Positions 1-11,720 are shown, counted from the first letter of the whole stretch. The stretch is 63,905 bases of DNA, filler included, from Octopus bimaculoides (GCF_001194135.2; 3 parts of 3 records of this genome joined end to end with filler, not necessarily neighbours in it); one strand, 5' to 3'. Notes: generated by a model not told the origin, from the letters alone. Translations and numbers: made by a program.

Positions 1-194
1 TTTTTTACTTAATTTTTGAGAGTTCGTTTTGAGGGTTCGTTTTTAGTTTTCTCATTTGTAAGAGCAGTTGAGTTTATTTAAGATATTCTCATTTTAAAAA
101 TCATCTCTGGCTAATCGTTGAGAGGACGTTGGTGCTGCCTTGGTGGAGGTTTGCAATCTCTGAGTGCTCTTGTTATTATTATTACTTTATTTCA

Positions 195-435
195 GAAGGT
201 GGTGAGCTGGCAGAATTGTTAGCATGCCAGTCAAAATGCTTGGAGGCATTTTGCCTATCTTTACGTTCTGAGTTCAAATTCTGCCAAAGTTGACTTTGCC
301 TTTCTAGCTTTTGGGGGTAAAATAAGTACCATTTGAGTACTGGGGTTGCTAAACTAGGTACCAGTTGAGTACAGGGGTTGGTGTAATTGACTAACTCCTT
401 CCCCACACATTTCAGGCCTTGTGTAGAAAGGATTT
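195..435 (+). mobile_element. tRNA-derived SINE, family A
   Basis: Head aaggtggtgagctggcagaattgttagc (A-box-like) and B-box gagttcaaattc, then the gactttgcctt...aaataagtacca body shared with many copies in the window. Confidence 0.85.
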
Positions 436-729
436 TATTTTATAAATTTTTTTTTTTTTTGAAGTGGCAATGTCCATGATCTTATAGACCCTCTTGTGCT
501 GATGAAATGTTGTTTTTGTTTCATCTGCAGTCAACTTTGAATTGAGTAGAACTATGATAAAACGAAAGCTAGCCAACCATAATAATCCTGCCTTATTTAC
601 AAACTATGTATCAAGACTATATTATCCTGTAACTTTTAGTTTTAAGTTAATCTCTTGTTTGACAGCAATTTGGTTATTTCTGCTCTGTCCAGCTGGTCAA
701 GCAGCCACATATAGACTCTCCTTGTTGGT

Positions 730-797
730 TCATTCATGACTTGCAACATTCATGTGGTCACTGACCGGCCTTGGTACCAACTTTAGGTTAATGTCTA
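730..797 (-). CDS. Candidate terminal coding exon of an unidentified minus-strand gene ((V)DINLKLVPRPVSDHMNVASHE*)
   Basis: Strong acceptor tatttgttttctttgtcag| (AG at 799-798, NAGNAG cag/tag). Phase-1 entry matches the upstream exon. Frame is open to TGA at 732-730. No homology recognised. Confidence 0.45.
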
Positions 798-936
798 CTG
801 ACAAAGAAAACAAATATGAAAGTGGATGAATCTTTTATGGGACTGATCCATATGTATGCTTCAGAGCATACCCTGCAAATGCCACCGCAAAATTTATGGT
901 GGAATAAATGTTATAAACCAGGAGACCCCAACTTAC

Positions 937-1001
937 CAGGTTGCAGACCAGTACTAGGTGATGGATCATTTGGTTTCTGGGTCGCATAGAAAGAATAAAT
1001 T
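937..1001 (-). CDS. Candidate internal coding exon (IYSFYATQKPNDPSPSTGLQP)
   Basis: Acceptor ttttag| at 1003-1002 and consensus donor |gtaagt at 936-931. 65 nt, phase 2 in and phase 1 out, open frame, followed by a 139-nt intron to the 797 acceptor. Confidence 0.5.
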
Positions 1002-1654
1002 CTAAAATTCATAATTGACTATTGCAATCTGCAGAGTATTTTTGTATTATATATGCATTAAAAATATATATTAGCAACAGAGGCAGTATTTAAACTGAAA
1101 CATAATATTTATCCCCTCTTAAATGTGGATGTTCTGTTAGAACAAACTATACTGCAGTTGCTGCCATGGGAGAACCTCTCATACAGGCTTAAGCTTTTAG
1201 ATTTTTGAGTTTCTCTCATGGTAAATACTGTAATAAAGTTGGTTTGAACTAAACATCCACGTTTAAGTGGGAATAAATACATATGTATTATATATATATA
1301 ATAATTAAATTATAGATTATGCATTTTATTGTGTTTTGTTATGTATGTGATCCTCCAGTCTGTGGGAAACATTGTCTTTCAAGAAACTGATTTGTGGTGC
1401 AAAATAAGGTTGACAATTGCTGCTATAGGCACCCTGTATTGCTCTGTGAGTTCACCCTCCTAATTTTTTCTACACTATTCTTACTGGTTTCAGCCAGTTC
1501 GCTGTAGACATGCTGGGACAGTGCCTTCTTATCCACAAACACAAATATGATGTATTAATCAATCACTGTGACTTTTTTCTTTTATTCATTTGTTTTGTTT
1601 ACTTATTGTAATTAAGTAAAGCAGGTGCCAAGTTATTAATCTCATATATATATA

Positions 1655-1850
1655 TCAGCATTATTTAATGTCCATATTCCATGCTGGCATGGATTGGACA
1701 GTTAGACAAGATCTGATAGGTCAGAAGCTGCATCAAGCTGCAATGTCTGCCTTTGGCATGTTTTCCACAGCAAGATGCCTTTACAGAATGTAATATGTGC
1801 ATTTTTGTGTCACAGGCACTACTAGTGAGGTACCAAGCAACTCACCAGGC
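1655..1850 (-). mobile_element. RTE-type 3' tail repeat (family D), degenerate
   Basis: Reverse complement resembles the ...ggcatccagctg...cccatgccagcatggaa...gacgttaaatgat tail seen at 60340-60482. Confidence 0.6.
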
Positions 1851-1979
1851 AAAAACCCCCTTGCCTGGGTGGGACATAATATCGAGGGAGGTGGTTTTAT
1901 ACTAAGCATTTTGTACGACATGCTAATGATTCTGCCAGTTTGCCACCTTTATGGTGTTAGTAATATTAAATTATGTATT

Positions 1980-2340
1980 AAGGCAGTGAACCGGCAGAAT
2001 TGTTAGCATGCTGAGCTAAATGGTTAATGGTATTTCTTCCTAGGTTCAAATTCCGCTGAGGTCAGCTTTATGTTCCATCCTTTCAGTCAGAGTAAATAAA
2101 ATAAGTATCAGTTAAGCACTGATGTTGATGTAATTGACTTATTCACTACCTCCCAAAATTGCTGGCCTTGTGACAAAATTTGAAACCCATATTAAATTAT
2201 GTATTTTTATAAATAAAAGGCACTGATTTGGTAGAATCCAGCATTCTGCACTCTGAGTTCAAATCCTGCTGAGGTCAACATTGCTTTTTATCCTCTCAGG
2301 GTCAACACTAGTCCAGTACTGAAGTTGATTATTTGTTCAC
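1980..2340 (+). mobile_element. Two tandem family-A SINE copies (second degenerate)
   Basis: aaggcagtgaaccggcagaattgttagc head and ggttcaaattccgctgaggtc; a second head/B-box at about 2215-2280. Confidence 0.7.
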
Positions 2341-2512
2341 ACTTTTTCACTACCTCTTTCTCTACAAGAAATTGCCAATGTCCAAGCCTGGAGAGGTAGA
2401 AGCTCCTGCAGATTTTAAATGCTCATGACATGCTGTGTCACAATGATTCCTGTACAATTCACTTATGAATTAGGCTAGGTCCCAGGAAGAGAAGGCTACA
2501 TAAAATATCTTT

Positions 2513-2860
2513 TTATCTTTTACTTGTTTCAGTCAGTGGACTTTGACCATGCTTTGGCACCACCTTGAAGGGGTTTAGTTGTACAATCAACCCTGTAATT
2601 GGTTTTGTAAAATTGGTACTTACTCTATTGGTCTTTTTGCTGAACCACTAAGTTACAGGGACATAAACAAACCAGAAAAACAAGCACGTGCACACACACA
2701 TGTATATATGAATGGCTTCTTTCAGTTTCTACCTACCACTCACAAGGTTTTGGTTGGCCCAAAACTATAGTGGAAGACACTTGCTTAAGGTGCCATGCAG
2801 TGGGGTTGAACCCAGAACCATGTGGTTGAGAAACATACTTCTTACCACACAGCCATGCCT
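2513..2860 (-). mobile_element. tRNA-derived SINE, family B (CORE-like segment, internal CA microsatellite, ...gactgaaacaagtaaaaga tail)
   Basis: On minus: ggctgtgtggtaagaag head, ggttcaacccc B-box and ccttaagcaagtgtcttc (CORE-like), then (TG)n and the 3' tail; same layout as 20198-20643. Confidence 0.8.
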
Positions 2861-3147
2861 GTACCTATAAATATATACTACTTTTTTTTTTTTATTAAGA
2901 ACAGTTTGTTTTTGTGTGTGTATACACTTAAGACACACACACACACACACATGTATATACCTACGTGTGTGTAATGAGTTGTAGGAGTTGGCATGCTGAG
3001 CTTTTGTATTGTTTCATTCCTAAATCTTTATTCTCAGTCATTTATATCACCTACACTGGCCCACTCCAAAAGTTTGATTGATTTCAGTGAGAAGTTTTAT
3101 GCTCCTAATAACATACACTTTCTGCTGTAAAAAGAAAAAAAATTCTT

Positions 3148-3157
3148 TTATTATTAC

Positions 3158-3205
<48 letters not shown>

Positions 3206-3226
3206 TATTATTATTATTACTATTAC

Positions 3227-3257
<31 letters not shown>
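3148..3257 (+). repeat. (ATT)n microsatellite
   Basis: Directly visible; immediately precedes a family-A SINE head. Confidence 0.97.
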
Positions 3258-3260
<3 letters not shown>

Positions 3261-3267
3261 CTGTGCT

Positions 3268-3482
3268 TAGGTGGCGAGCTGGCAGAATTGTTAGATGCCG
3301 GGCAAAATGCTTAGTGGCATTTCATGCATCTTTACGTTTTGAGTTCAAATTCCACCAATGTCGACTGCCTTTCATCCTCTCACGGTTGATAAGATAAGTG
3401 CTCAACTGAGCACTGGGGTCAAGGTAATCAACTTACCTACCCCCTTGAAATTGCTGGCCTTGTGCCAAAATTTGAAACCATT
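3268..3482 (+). mobile_element. Family-A SINE
   Basis: aggtggcgagctggcagaattgttag...gagttcaaattccacc...ggccttgtgccaaaatttgaaacc. Confidence 0.85.
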
Positions 3483-3576
3483 ATTCACCTTTTAAGCCAT
3501 CTATTGTTTTAATATTTCATTTTTGGGCCTTTGGGCTTATAAAAGTAAATAGGCTAATAAAAGTAAATAATAATAA

Positions 3577-4020
3577 TGGTTTCATATTTTGCCACAAAGG
3601 CAGCAATTTTGAGGCGAGCGGATGAGTCGATTACATCATCCCCAGTGTTTAACTGGTACTTATTTTATCAACTCCGAAAACCTGAAAGGCAAAGTTAATC
3701 TTGGTGGAATTTGAACTAAGAACATAGTGACAGGCGAAATACCACTAAGCATTTCATCTAGGATGCTAACAATTCTACCAGCTTGCCGCAATAATAATAA
3801 TGATAATAATAATAATCTTTTTCTACTATAGGCCTGAAATTAGTGTGGCGGGGACTAATCGATTACATCAACCCCCAGTGTTTCACTGGTTCATTGAACT
3901 CGAAAGGGTGAAAGGCAAAGTTGATCTTGGCGGAATTTGAACTCAGAGCGGAATGACAAGTAGAATACTGCTAAGCATTTCGTCTACTGTGCTAACATTT
4001 CTGCCAGCTCATCGCCTTGA
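3577..4020 (-). mobile_element. Two family-A SINE copies on minus, separated by (AAT)n
   Basis: ggaatttgaact (B-box reverse complement) at about 3707 and 3932; heads end near 3790 and 4020. Confidence 0.8.
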
Positions 4021-4022
4021 TG

Positions 4023-4068
<46 letters not shown>

Positions 4069-5407
4069 NNNNNNNNNNNNNNNNNNNNNNNNNNNNNNNN
4101 NNNNNNNNNNNNNNNNNNNNNNNNNNNNNNNNNNNNNNNNNNNNNGGCTTGTCCCCAATCTCCTTCAATTTTAGGCCTTTATTATTATTATTATTATTGA
4201 ATTCGAGTCCTACCACGATTATCATCTTTACCTTTCATTCTTCCCAAGTTGATAAAAAGGGTACGAGTCAAATTAAGGGATCAGTTTAATCGACTAACTC
4301 CTCCCTTCAAAACTGTGGTTGTGTGCCAATCTTAGAAATTCTCTCTCTGGGGTTTACTTGTTTTTTTATTTTATTTTATACCTCCTGTATGAATAAAATA
4401 AATAAAATATAGTCATTATTATACATCTGTTCTCTACAATGTTCAAGCTGTGTGGCACTATTTGAGAAATCATTGTTAAGGTGATAGAATACCTTGCATG
4501 TCTAGTTATATTTCTTTGTTTTCAGTTCAAAACCCACTAGCTGGCTATTAAAATAAAACACCACCTATGTGCTGAAGTTGATATAATCTAATGCCTTCCT
4601 CCGGTCTCCACTTTGTAACATTGTGACAGTATTAGAAATAATAATCTTTTCAAATCTAATGTAGGCATAATGCCTGTAGCCGTTTACATAAACTCCAGTA
4701 TTTGACTGGTACTTGATTTCATCGACCCCGAAAATATGAAAGGCAAAGTCAACCTCGGCGGGATTTCAACTCAGCACGTAGAGCCGGAAGAAATGCCGCT
4801 AAGTAAACATTTAGTCCAACGCGCTAACAATTCTGCCAGCTCGACGCCTTAACGTTAGAAATAATAATAAAGAGGGAAGAAAATAAGCAGAACCATTAGA
4901 GCATTGGACAAAATGTTCTGATTCTTTATATTCTGAGTTCAAATCCCTGATACGGTCAACTTTGCTTTTTTCATCTTTCTGAGTTGAATACCAGTTAAGT
5001 ACTTGGGTAAACACAGTTAAGAGAGATTTGGCTTATCTTTTTAGGCGGTCAGTCAAACAGAATTAAATGCTTGGCAGTATTTAGACTCATCCTTGTACAA
5101 TCCGAGTCAAAATCCTGTTGGGTTTGATAAGCACTAGACGAGTAATTTAGGGTTGTATAATCAAGCATTTATCTTCTTTTCATCGCGCCTTGTGAAAAAG
5201 CAATATTATAATCATTATCTCATCGCCTCTGTCAATCGAAGCAGGTGGTTATCAAAAGGGAACTCATAAAATTACCCACACCCACAACTTCAGTCAGAAT
5301 TATTGCTTTATTTTTATACGTATTTATTTTGATAGAAATTGATATGGAAACCTCTATTTGAATTCGTTCACCTTCCAGCCCCCCTTAGTCACTGTTTCTT
5401 TCCTCAC

Positions 5408-5475
5408 CCTTCTTCCGTTGCAACTATCTCCATAACTTGAATACTTTCACTTGTGCAAAGAAATGAGCCAGCCAT
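5408..5475 (-). CDS. Candidate first coding exon (MAGSFLCTSESIQVMEIVATEE+GG)
   Basis: ATG at 5475 in strong context (aactATGG) with an in-frame TGA upstream. Donor GG|gtgagg at 5407-5402. Ends in phase 2, compatible with exon 937-1001. Confidence 0.4.
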
Positions 5476-6910
5476 AGTTGCTGCTATGCAATCAAGTCTT
5501 CACTGAAGGCTGGGTGTTTTGTTTATTATCCTAGACTGCTGCTATAACTACTATTACCATTAGAGTGGTGATTGTGATAGCAGAGAGACAGAAAAAACGC
5601 TGATTGTCTGGACGGAGGCCTTACTACAAATCCACTCCTATTATAATACTCCCGTGTACTGACATTCAAGTCCCTCCTGGGTCGATAACATAACTACAGG
5701 TAATATTCTGTCGACGTCATCATCAACGATCCAGTTAACACACATACAAACCTTCCACAAAAATGAGGCTTTTGGATAGACTAGCGGGGTGGAGACTGCT
5801 AAATTGTAAAGCGAAAATAAAGAAACGAAATCGTTATCTCTCTCTTTCACACACACACACTAACTTAAACCTCGCCCTAATCACACACCCTTCCTCCAAC
5901 CCAACTGTCTGTGCCAGCCCACGTATGCTAACATACGTCACTCCTCCTCCTCCTCTTTCTCCCCTCCTTCTTCGTCTCTTTTTATTCTCCACCCTCCTCC
6001 TTTTTCTCTTTCTTCTGTCTCATTCTCTTGTAGCTGCTGCTGTTGCATTAGTGTTGCCGCTAGTAAGTCATGGCATGTGGTGGTGGTGGCGGCGGCAGTG
6101 GTATTATGATGATGATGATGAGGGGCTCTGGTTAAAAAACAAAACAAGAACAGAAAAAGAGAACCCGTTGTTTTCTACTCTCACAAACGGGCACTTTTCA
6201 CCCTCTTCTTATTACTCGTTAATTCTACGCGCTCTATCTCTTTCCCCCTCCCCTCTCTCCTTCTCTCTCTCTCTCTCTCTCTCTCTCCCACCTTGGATCC
6301 AGTTTCCTAGCACCGGAGATGAAGGTAGTTTTCCAGCAATACTACTTCAATAACTGCAAACTAATACCGCCAGCATCAACAGTAGTACACGTAGTGCTAC
6401 TGCATTTGGCAGCAGCAGCAGCAGTAGTAGTAGTAGTGGTAGCAGCAGTAGTAGTGATGGTTAAATGGTGTTAGTAATAGCTGTAACAGTACAGATTGAG
6501 CTTACTATGTATGTAGCAGTTGTGATAGTAATAATACAAATAACACAACTACTAGTAGCAGTGGTGGTGTCGGTGGTGGTTAATGATTTTAGTAATAGCT
6601 GTAGCAGTACAAGCAGTGCTTATTGTGTGTGGTAGTATTTATAGTACTAACAACACACAGCTAATTGTAATAGTACTACTGGTTGTAGAAGTGGTATTAT
6701 TATTATTATTAGTAGTAGTAGTAGTTCTACATAGATCTCTCACCTCATTCACAAATTTACTACTACTAGCTCTCATAATAAATTTTCAAAGGTGTGTGGT
6801 ATATATGGTGGCTTCGCTAGCTCAATTTACATTATCTGCTTTGCGCCGGCGCACACCACACAGCGTCACTCCATCCCCACACCATATCATCATACCATAC
6901 CGTTCCTTAC

Positions 6911-7000
6911 CTGGACTGATTGCTAGTGTTGTTACGTTGCTAAGCTCTATCCAAGATTATTCTTCTCAGCTTAGAACTTGTAAACAAACCAATAAACATA
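6911..7000 (-). promoter_or_regulatory. Probable non-coding first exon / promoter-proximal region of the minus-strand gene
   Basis: Donor ccag|gtaagg at 6910-6905. Stops in all three frames shortly upstream of the donor. CpG cluster (gcgccggcgc near 6842-6851) and RFX-like half site GTTGCTAAG at 6936-6944. Right boundary approximate. Confidence 0.3.
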
Positions 7001-7935
7001 AATCTAACAGCAAACGAGTTTCCTCTAAATTACTTTAATATAAGCTTTATATGTTTTGTGTGGATGTATGTATATTGTATGTAAATTATTGTTGCTGTTG
7101 GTGGAAGTGGTGGTGGAGGTGATAGTCTGCTAAGTCAAGTTAAATTGCATTACTGCTGTGTTTAGTTTTCGTCGCTCTTCATTTTTGGTTCAGATACTAA
7201 CAGGATTAACTTATGAATTTTATTTGTCTGGAGATTGTAGAATAATTGCTTCTAATTTAGGTGCAAAACCTGCAATTTTCAAGGGAATTGCTTCTAATTA
7301 AGGAGCAAGACCAATAATTTTCAAAGGAGAGACTGGTTGATTAAATCGACCTAATTCTTGATGTACTTCATTTTAATAGTCTTGAAAAGATAAAAGGTAA
7401 AGTTGACCTCAGTGCGATTTGAACCCAGAATATAAAGAGCTGGAAGAAATACCATAGGGCCCCCTTTTTTTTTTCTTCTTTGCTGATGCTCTTATAGTTC
7501 TGCTGACTCCTTGTCTTTGGGGTTCTTGAAGTAATAACTAATCATGCAGGGAGTAGACCTTGGGTGGTAGGTGACATGCAGTAATTTAGATCCCAAGGCA
7601 GTATTACCTTTCATTTTTCCTTATTTGATAACTAGAAACAAGTCACATACTGGGTTGATGAACTCACCTGTACTTTCCCTCCAAAATTTGTGACCTTGTG
7701 CTAACATGAGCCATGGGTAACATGAACAGTAGAGTGCCATATATATATAATAGATATTCATATAAACCTTTTATGGTCATAGTTCTAATCTAGCCATGAT
7801 TAACTTTGCCTTGCCTCCTTCTGGGGGATCAATGAGATAAGTACTAGTTAAGTACTGGTGCTTATTTAATTGACTACAACTTCTCCCCATGACTGTTTGG
7901 TCTTGTGTTTTAAATCAGTAATTTTTTACCATTAT

Positions 7936-8385
7936 TAAGGTGGCGATCTAGCAGAATTGTTAACATGCTGGATGAAATGGTTAGCAGTATTTAGCCTGTT
8001 GCTACATTCTGAGTTCAAATCCCACCAAGGTCAACTTTACCTTTCATCCTTTTTGGGTGAATAAATTAAGTACCAGTGAAACACTGGCGTCGATGTAATC
8101 GACTAGTCCCCTCCCCCACAATTTCAGGCCTTGTGTTTATAGTAGAAAGGATTATTGATATTGTAAAGGTGGTGAGCTGGCAGAATTGTTAACATGCTGG
8201 ACGAAATGTCTAGCAGTATTTTGCCTTGTCATTACGTTCTACGTTCAAATTCCACTAAGTTCAACTTTGACTTTCATCCTTTTGGGGGTAGATAAATTAA
8301 GTACCAGTGAAACACTGGGGTTCAGTGTAATCAACTAGTCCCCTCCCACCAAATTTCAGGCCTTTAGTAGAAAGGATTATTATTA
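7936..8385 (+). mobile_element. Head-to-tail dimer of family-A SINEs
   Basis: Two similar units of about 220 bp (7936-8155, 8165-8385), each ending agtagaaaggattatt. Confidence 0.85.
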
Positions 8386-9178
8386 TGAAAATCAGCTGTG
8401 TCCTCCAAGTGGTTTTCTCTGCCATTTTGTATATACAGCATTACTTCGTTCATTGTACCCTTTGCTGATTTAAGAGAGTGTGTGATTTGAGGGAAATTGG
8501 CTGCTATTTTCCAGCAAATTGAATGACTGTGTAGAGGTCTTCTCTTGTTGTGAAGTAAAATTTATTATTATTATTAGTCCTAAATCAAAGGTGGTGGACT
8601 GACAGGACTATTAGCACGTGGGACAAAATTAGTAGCATTTTGGCTTGTCTTTATGTTCTGAGTTCAAATTCTGTCAAGGTTAACTTTGCCTTTCATTCTT
8701 TTGGTGTTGATGAAATAAGTACCAGTCATGAACTGGGGTTGATGTTATCAACTTCCCCTCCCCTCAAAATCTGCTGGTCCTATGCCAAAGTTTGAAACCA
8801 TCACTTAGTGCTAGATCAGTGCTGTTCAAACAGAGCTATGAAGAAAGGTGTTCCACTTGTGACCATCTTGTCTTTTAGTATATCTGGAACAGTATAGTTC
8901 ATTACATCTTTTGGTATGGTTTGATTTATGGGATATATATATATATATATAGAACCTTACTTGCTGAATGCTGCATTATCAGTATTCATAATGATAAGGA
9001 TTGAAGGGAAATGGCTAGTAGAATAGGTAGAATTTACTTTTTGTTCTGGTGGTGGTGATGTGTCAATAAAACACCTATTAAATACTCAAATTAAGCTAAT
9101 AGAATGTGCTTTTTAACAGATTGTCTTGCTTTATGCTAATGTTAGAAATTAATATATCTAGGTACAAAGAGTTGATAT

Positions 9179-9711
9179 TACAAGGTGGCATCAAAAAGTC
9201 CCTAGACTAGTAATGTGTAATAAATAACATATTTACCTAAGTTTTAATCTCATCTCCTTCGAAATAGTCACCTTGTGCAGCAGTACACCAATCCCAGCAT
9301 TCCTGCCACTTTTGGAATCCGATCTGGAAGTTGTTTTTCATATGCGAGTTGAGGACCTTCTGCAATTTGCTCTTGATCTTGACAATGGTGTTAAAACAGC
9401 AACCTTTGAGCTGCATTTTCATCTTTGGGAAGAGCTGGAAGTCTATAGGTGCTAAATCTGGCAAATAGGGCAGGTGTGGAACTGATACCATGTCATTTTT
9501 GGTGAGAAACTCACGACTGAGGAGAGCTTGGTGACAGGGTGCATTGTCATCATGAAGAAGCCAATTGTTGGTCCCATATGACAGACCAACAACGTCAGCA
9601 ATGTTGTTGATTGTCTTCTGATGATCCTCGTGCACAAGCTGATGAATTTTTTCCACATTTCCAGGGTGATGCTTGTGGCTAGTCTTCCAGATTGCTCATC
9701 GGGGTTTGACT
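9179..9711 (-). mobile_element. Internally deleted mariner (Tc1/mariner, D34D) transposon, 3' part with TIR
   Basis: ORF 9237-9656 carries HDDNAPCH and YLPDLAPID with 34 residues between the catalytic Asps, and ends ...AQGDYFEG. TIR-like tacaaggtggcatcaaaaagt near 9179-9200. Confidence 0.9.
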
Positions 9712-10306
9712 AAAATTCTTCAAAGTGGTTACACAGTCTAATGACTGAAACAAAGATGAAGATAAATCATTTATTAAAACAGATATAAACTCATAAAGTT
9801 TTGAAAGTGTTTTAGGTTATGTTGTATTTTTTTTTTGAGTTATCACATGTCTTCAAACTAATTTCCACCATGAATTGAAATCTGCCTGCACTAGTAATAT
9901 TCTGAGGTTCATTCACTCAACTGTATCCCTCCTCTAAAAATTGGCTGAATGCCTTTTAGACTAAAATCAGAAAATTGTAATGATGATAGATATAGCCAAA
10001 ACAATAAATAGATCATTGGAATATAGTCTTCACTTGATCTTGTTCCATATTTTATTGTTCGAGTTGAAATGTTGCCAAAGCCAGGTTTTGCCTTTTATCC
10101 CTGCAAGGTTGATAAAAATAAAAGATATTGGTCATATGCTATGATTGATTCAATTGACTACATTCCTTCGTAAAAACTAACCTTTTGCCCAATTAAGAAA
10201 TAATGATTTCTCACATTGGAACATGGCCAAATAATTGTAAGAGGGGGTATAGTATATTGAATCAGTCCCAGTACATGACTGGTTGTTCTTCATATTTTGA
10301 CTATTG

Positions 10307-10357
<51 letters not shown>

Positions 10358-10419
10358 TATTGATTTGTGCTGTGGTACACACTGAGTAACTTTTTCAGGA
10401 ATTTTGAAAAAAGTATCCA

Positions 10420-10516
10420 TAAAACTAGTTTTTGACCATTGAATGGCTATGGGGGTCCACCAGAATAAAATAGTAATTAAAGAGGTCCATAGATAAAAAA
10501 TGGTTGAGAACCCCTG
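10420..10516 (-). mobile_element. hAT-type non-autonomous element terminus
   Basis: Reverse complement begins CAGGGGTTCTCAACC, a typical hAT/Charlie-like TIR, with ggggtcca subterminal motifs. Confidence 0.55.
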
Positions 10517-10599
10517 ATCTTGTGTATCATCCCACCTTTAGATCTACAATGTTTGTATTCAAAATCCATTACTATATGAAAGGTTTTTGTCTTGCAAGT

Positions 10600-10915
10600 T
10601 ACTTGGTGACCCTTTCAGTGCAGGTGCCACTTAAAAAGCATCCAGTCCACACTGTAAAGTGGTTGGTGTTTGGAAGGGCATTTAGTTGTAAAAAACCTTG
10701 CCAAAACTGACCTTGCCTGTGCTTGTACCATGTAAAAAGTATTAAGTCCACTCTGCTGGGTGGTTGGTGTTAGGAAGGGCATCCAACTGTAAAAATCATG
10801 CCAAAACAGTTACAGAAGTCTGGTGCAGGCTTCTGCCTAGCTAGTTCCTGTCAAACCATCCCACTCCTGCCAGCATGGAAGGCAGACGTTAAACTATGAT
10901 GATGATGATGATGAT
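10600..10915 (+). mobile_element. RTE-type 3' tail repeat (family D) ending in (GAT)n
   Basis: Two ggttggtgtt.ggaagggcat motifs, then ccagcatggaaggcagacgttaaact(atg)n. Confidence 0.75.
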
Positions 10916-11404
10916 ATGTTACCTATCCTTGGAAGATAGCTGAATTTCAGGCATGTAACATTGAGTGTTTCATCAAGAAATACTATGAAACAATATTTAC
11001 AGCTTTTATGAAATGTTATAGTGGATTATGAATAAGTAGTGTAATACTTTGTAATGCTTACTCTGTTAACCATTTTTCTCTTTTAGAATTGACTGATAGT
11101 AAGATTTATTTCTTCAACAAGTAAACACCCATGCAAAATCTGCAGTGATAAATGTTCAGTTTTATAGTTAATTACTTGCAGAAAACTGTATATAAAGGGA
11201 TTAAACCAAATATAATACATACATGTTCCTCTTAATCTTTTAATAAATGGTAAAATATACATACAATTTATATAAATGTACACAGTTTACATTTCAACTC
11301 AAAATGATATATCTAACAATGTCTAGCTCAGTTAAGAGTACTCCTGATGTGTTGGGCAATATGATATGCTTGAGAAGACCTGCTCTTCAAGTAAAACCAA
11401 TATT

Positions 11405-11720
11405 GTAGCTTTAGCCAGTGCCCCCCGACTGGCTCCCATGCTGGTGGCACATAAAAAGCATCATCTTAATGTGGCTGACGCCAGGTCTGCCTGACTGGCT
11501 CCCGTGCCGGTGGCATGTAAAAGGCACCATCTGAACGTGATCGATGCCAGGCTCGCCTGACTGGCTCTTGTACCGGTGGCACGTAAAAGGCACCCACTAC
11601 ACTCTCGTGTAGAAACATTGCCAGATCAGATTGGAGCCTGGTGTAGCCGCTGTGTCTCCAGACCTCAGTCAAACCATTCAACCCATGCCAGCATGGAAAA
11701 TCGACATTAAGCGATTATGA
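11405..11720 (+). mobile_element. RTE-type 3' UTR/tail (family D) with three internal repeats of about 66 bp
   Basis: gactggctcccgtgccggtggca(c/t)gtaaaa.gcacc occurs three times, then the same tail as 60300-60482. Confidence 0.8.

Noticed and set aside
4493-4544. Possible extra exon between 5408 and 1001 (ttttaatag|...|gtattc)
   Set aside because: 52 nt with stop codons in all three phases; overlaps what looks like a degenerate SINE.
5763-7038. Plus-strand ORFs of 196 aa and 151 aa
   Set aside because: Built from low-complexity CT/GTA/TGG repeats with no domain. More simply explained as the antisense of leader/promoter sequence.
11088-11099. Plus-strand 12-nt microexon-like ttttctcttttag|aattgactgata|gtaaga
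   Set aside because: Stops in two of three phases and no supporting plus-strand gene nearby; plausible by chance.
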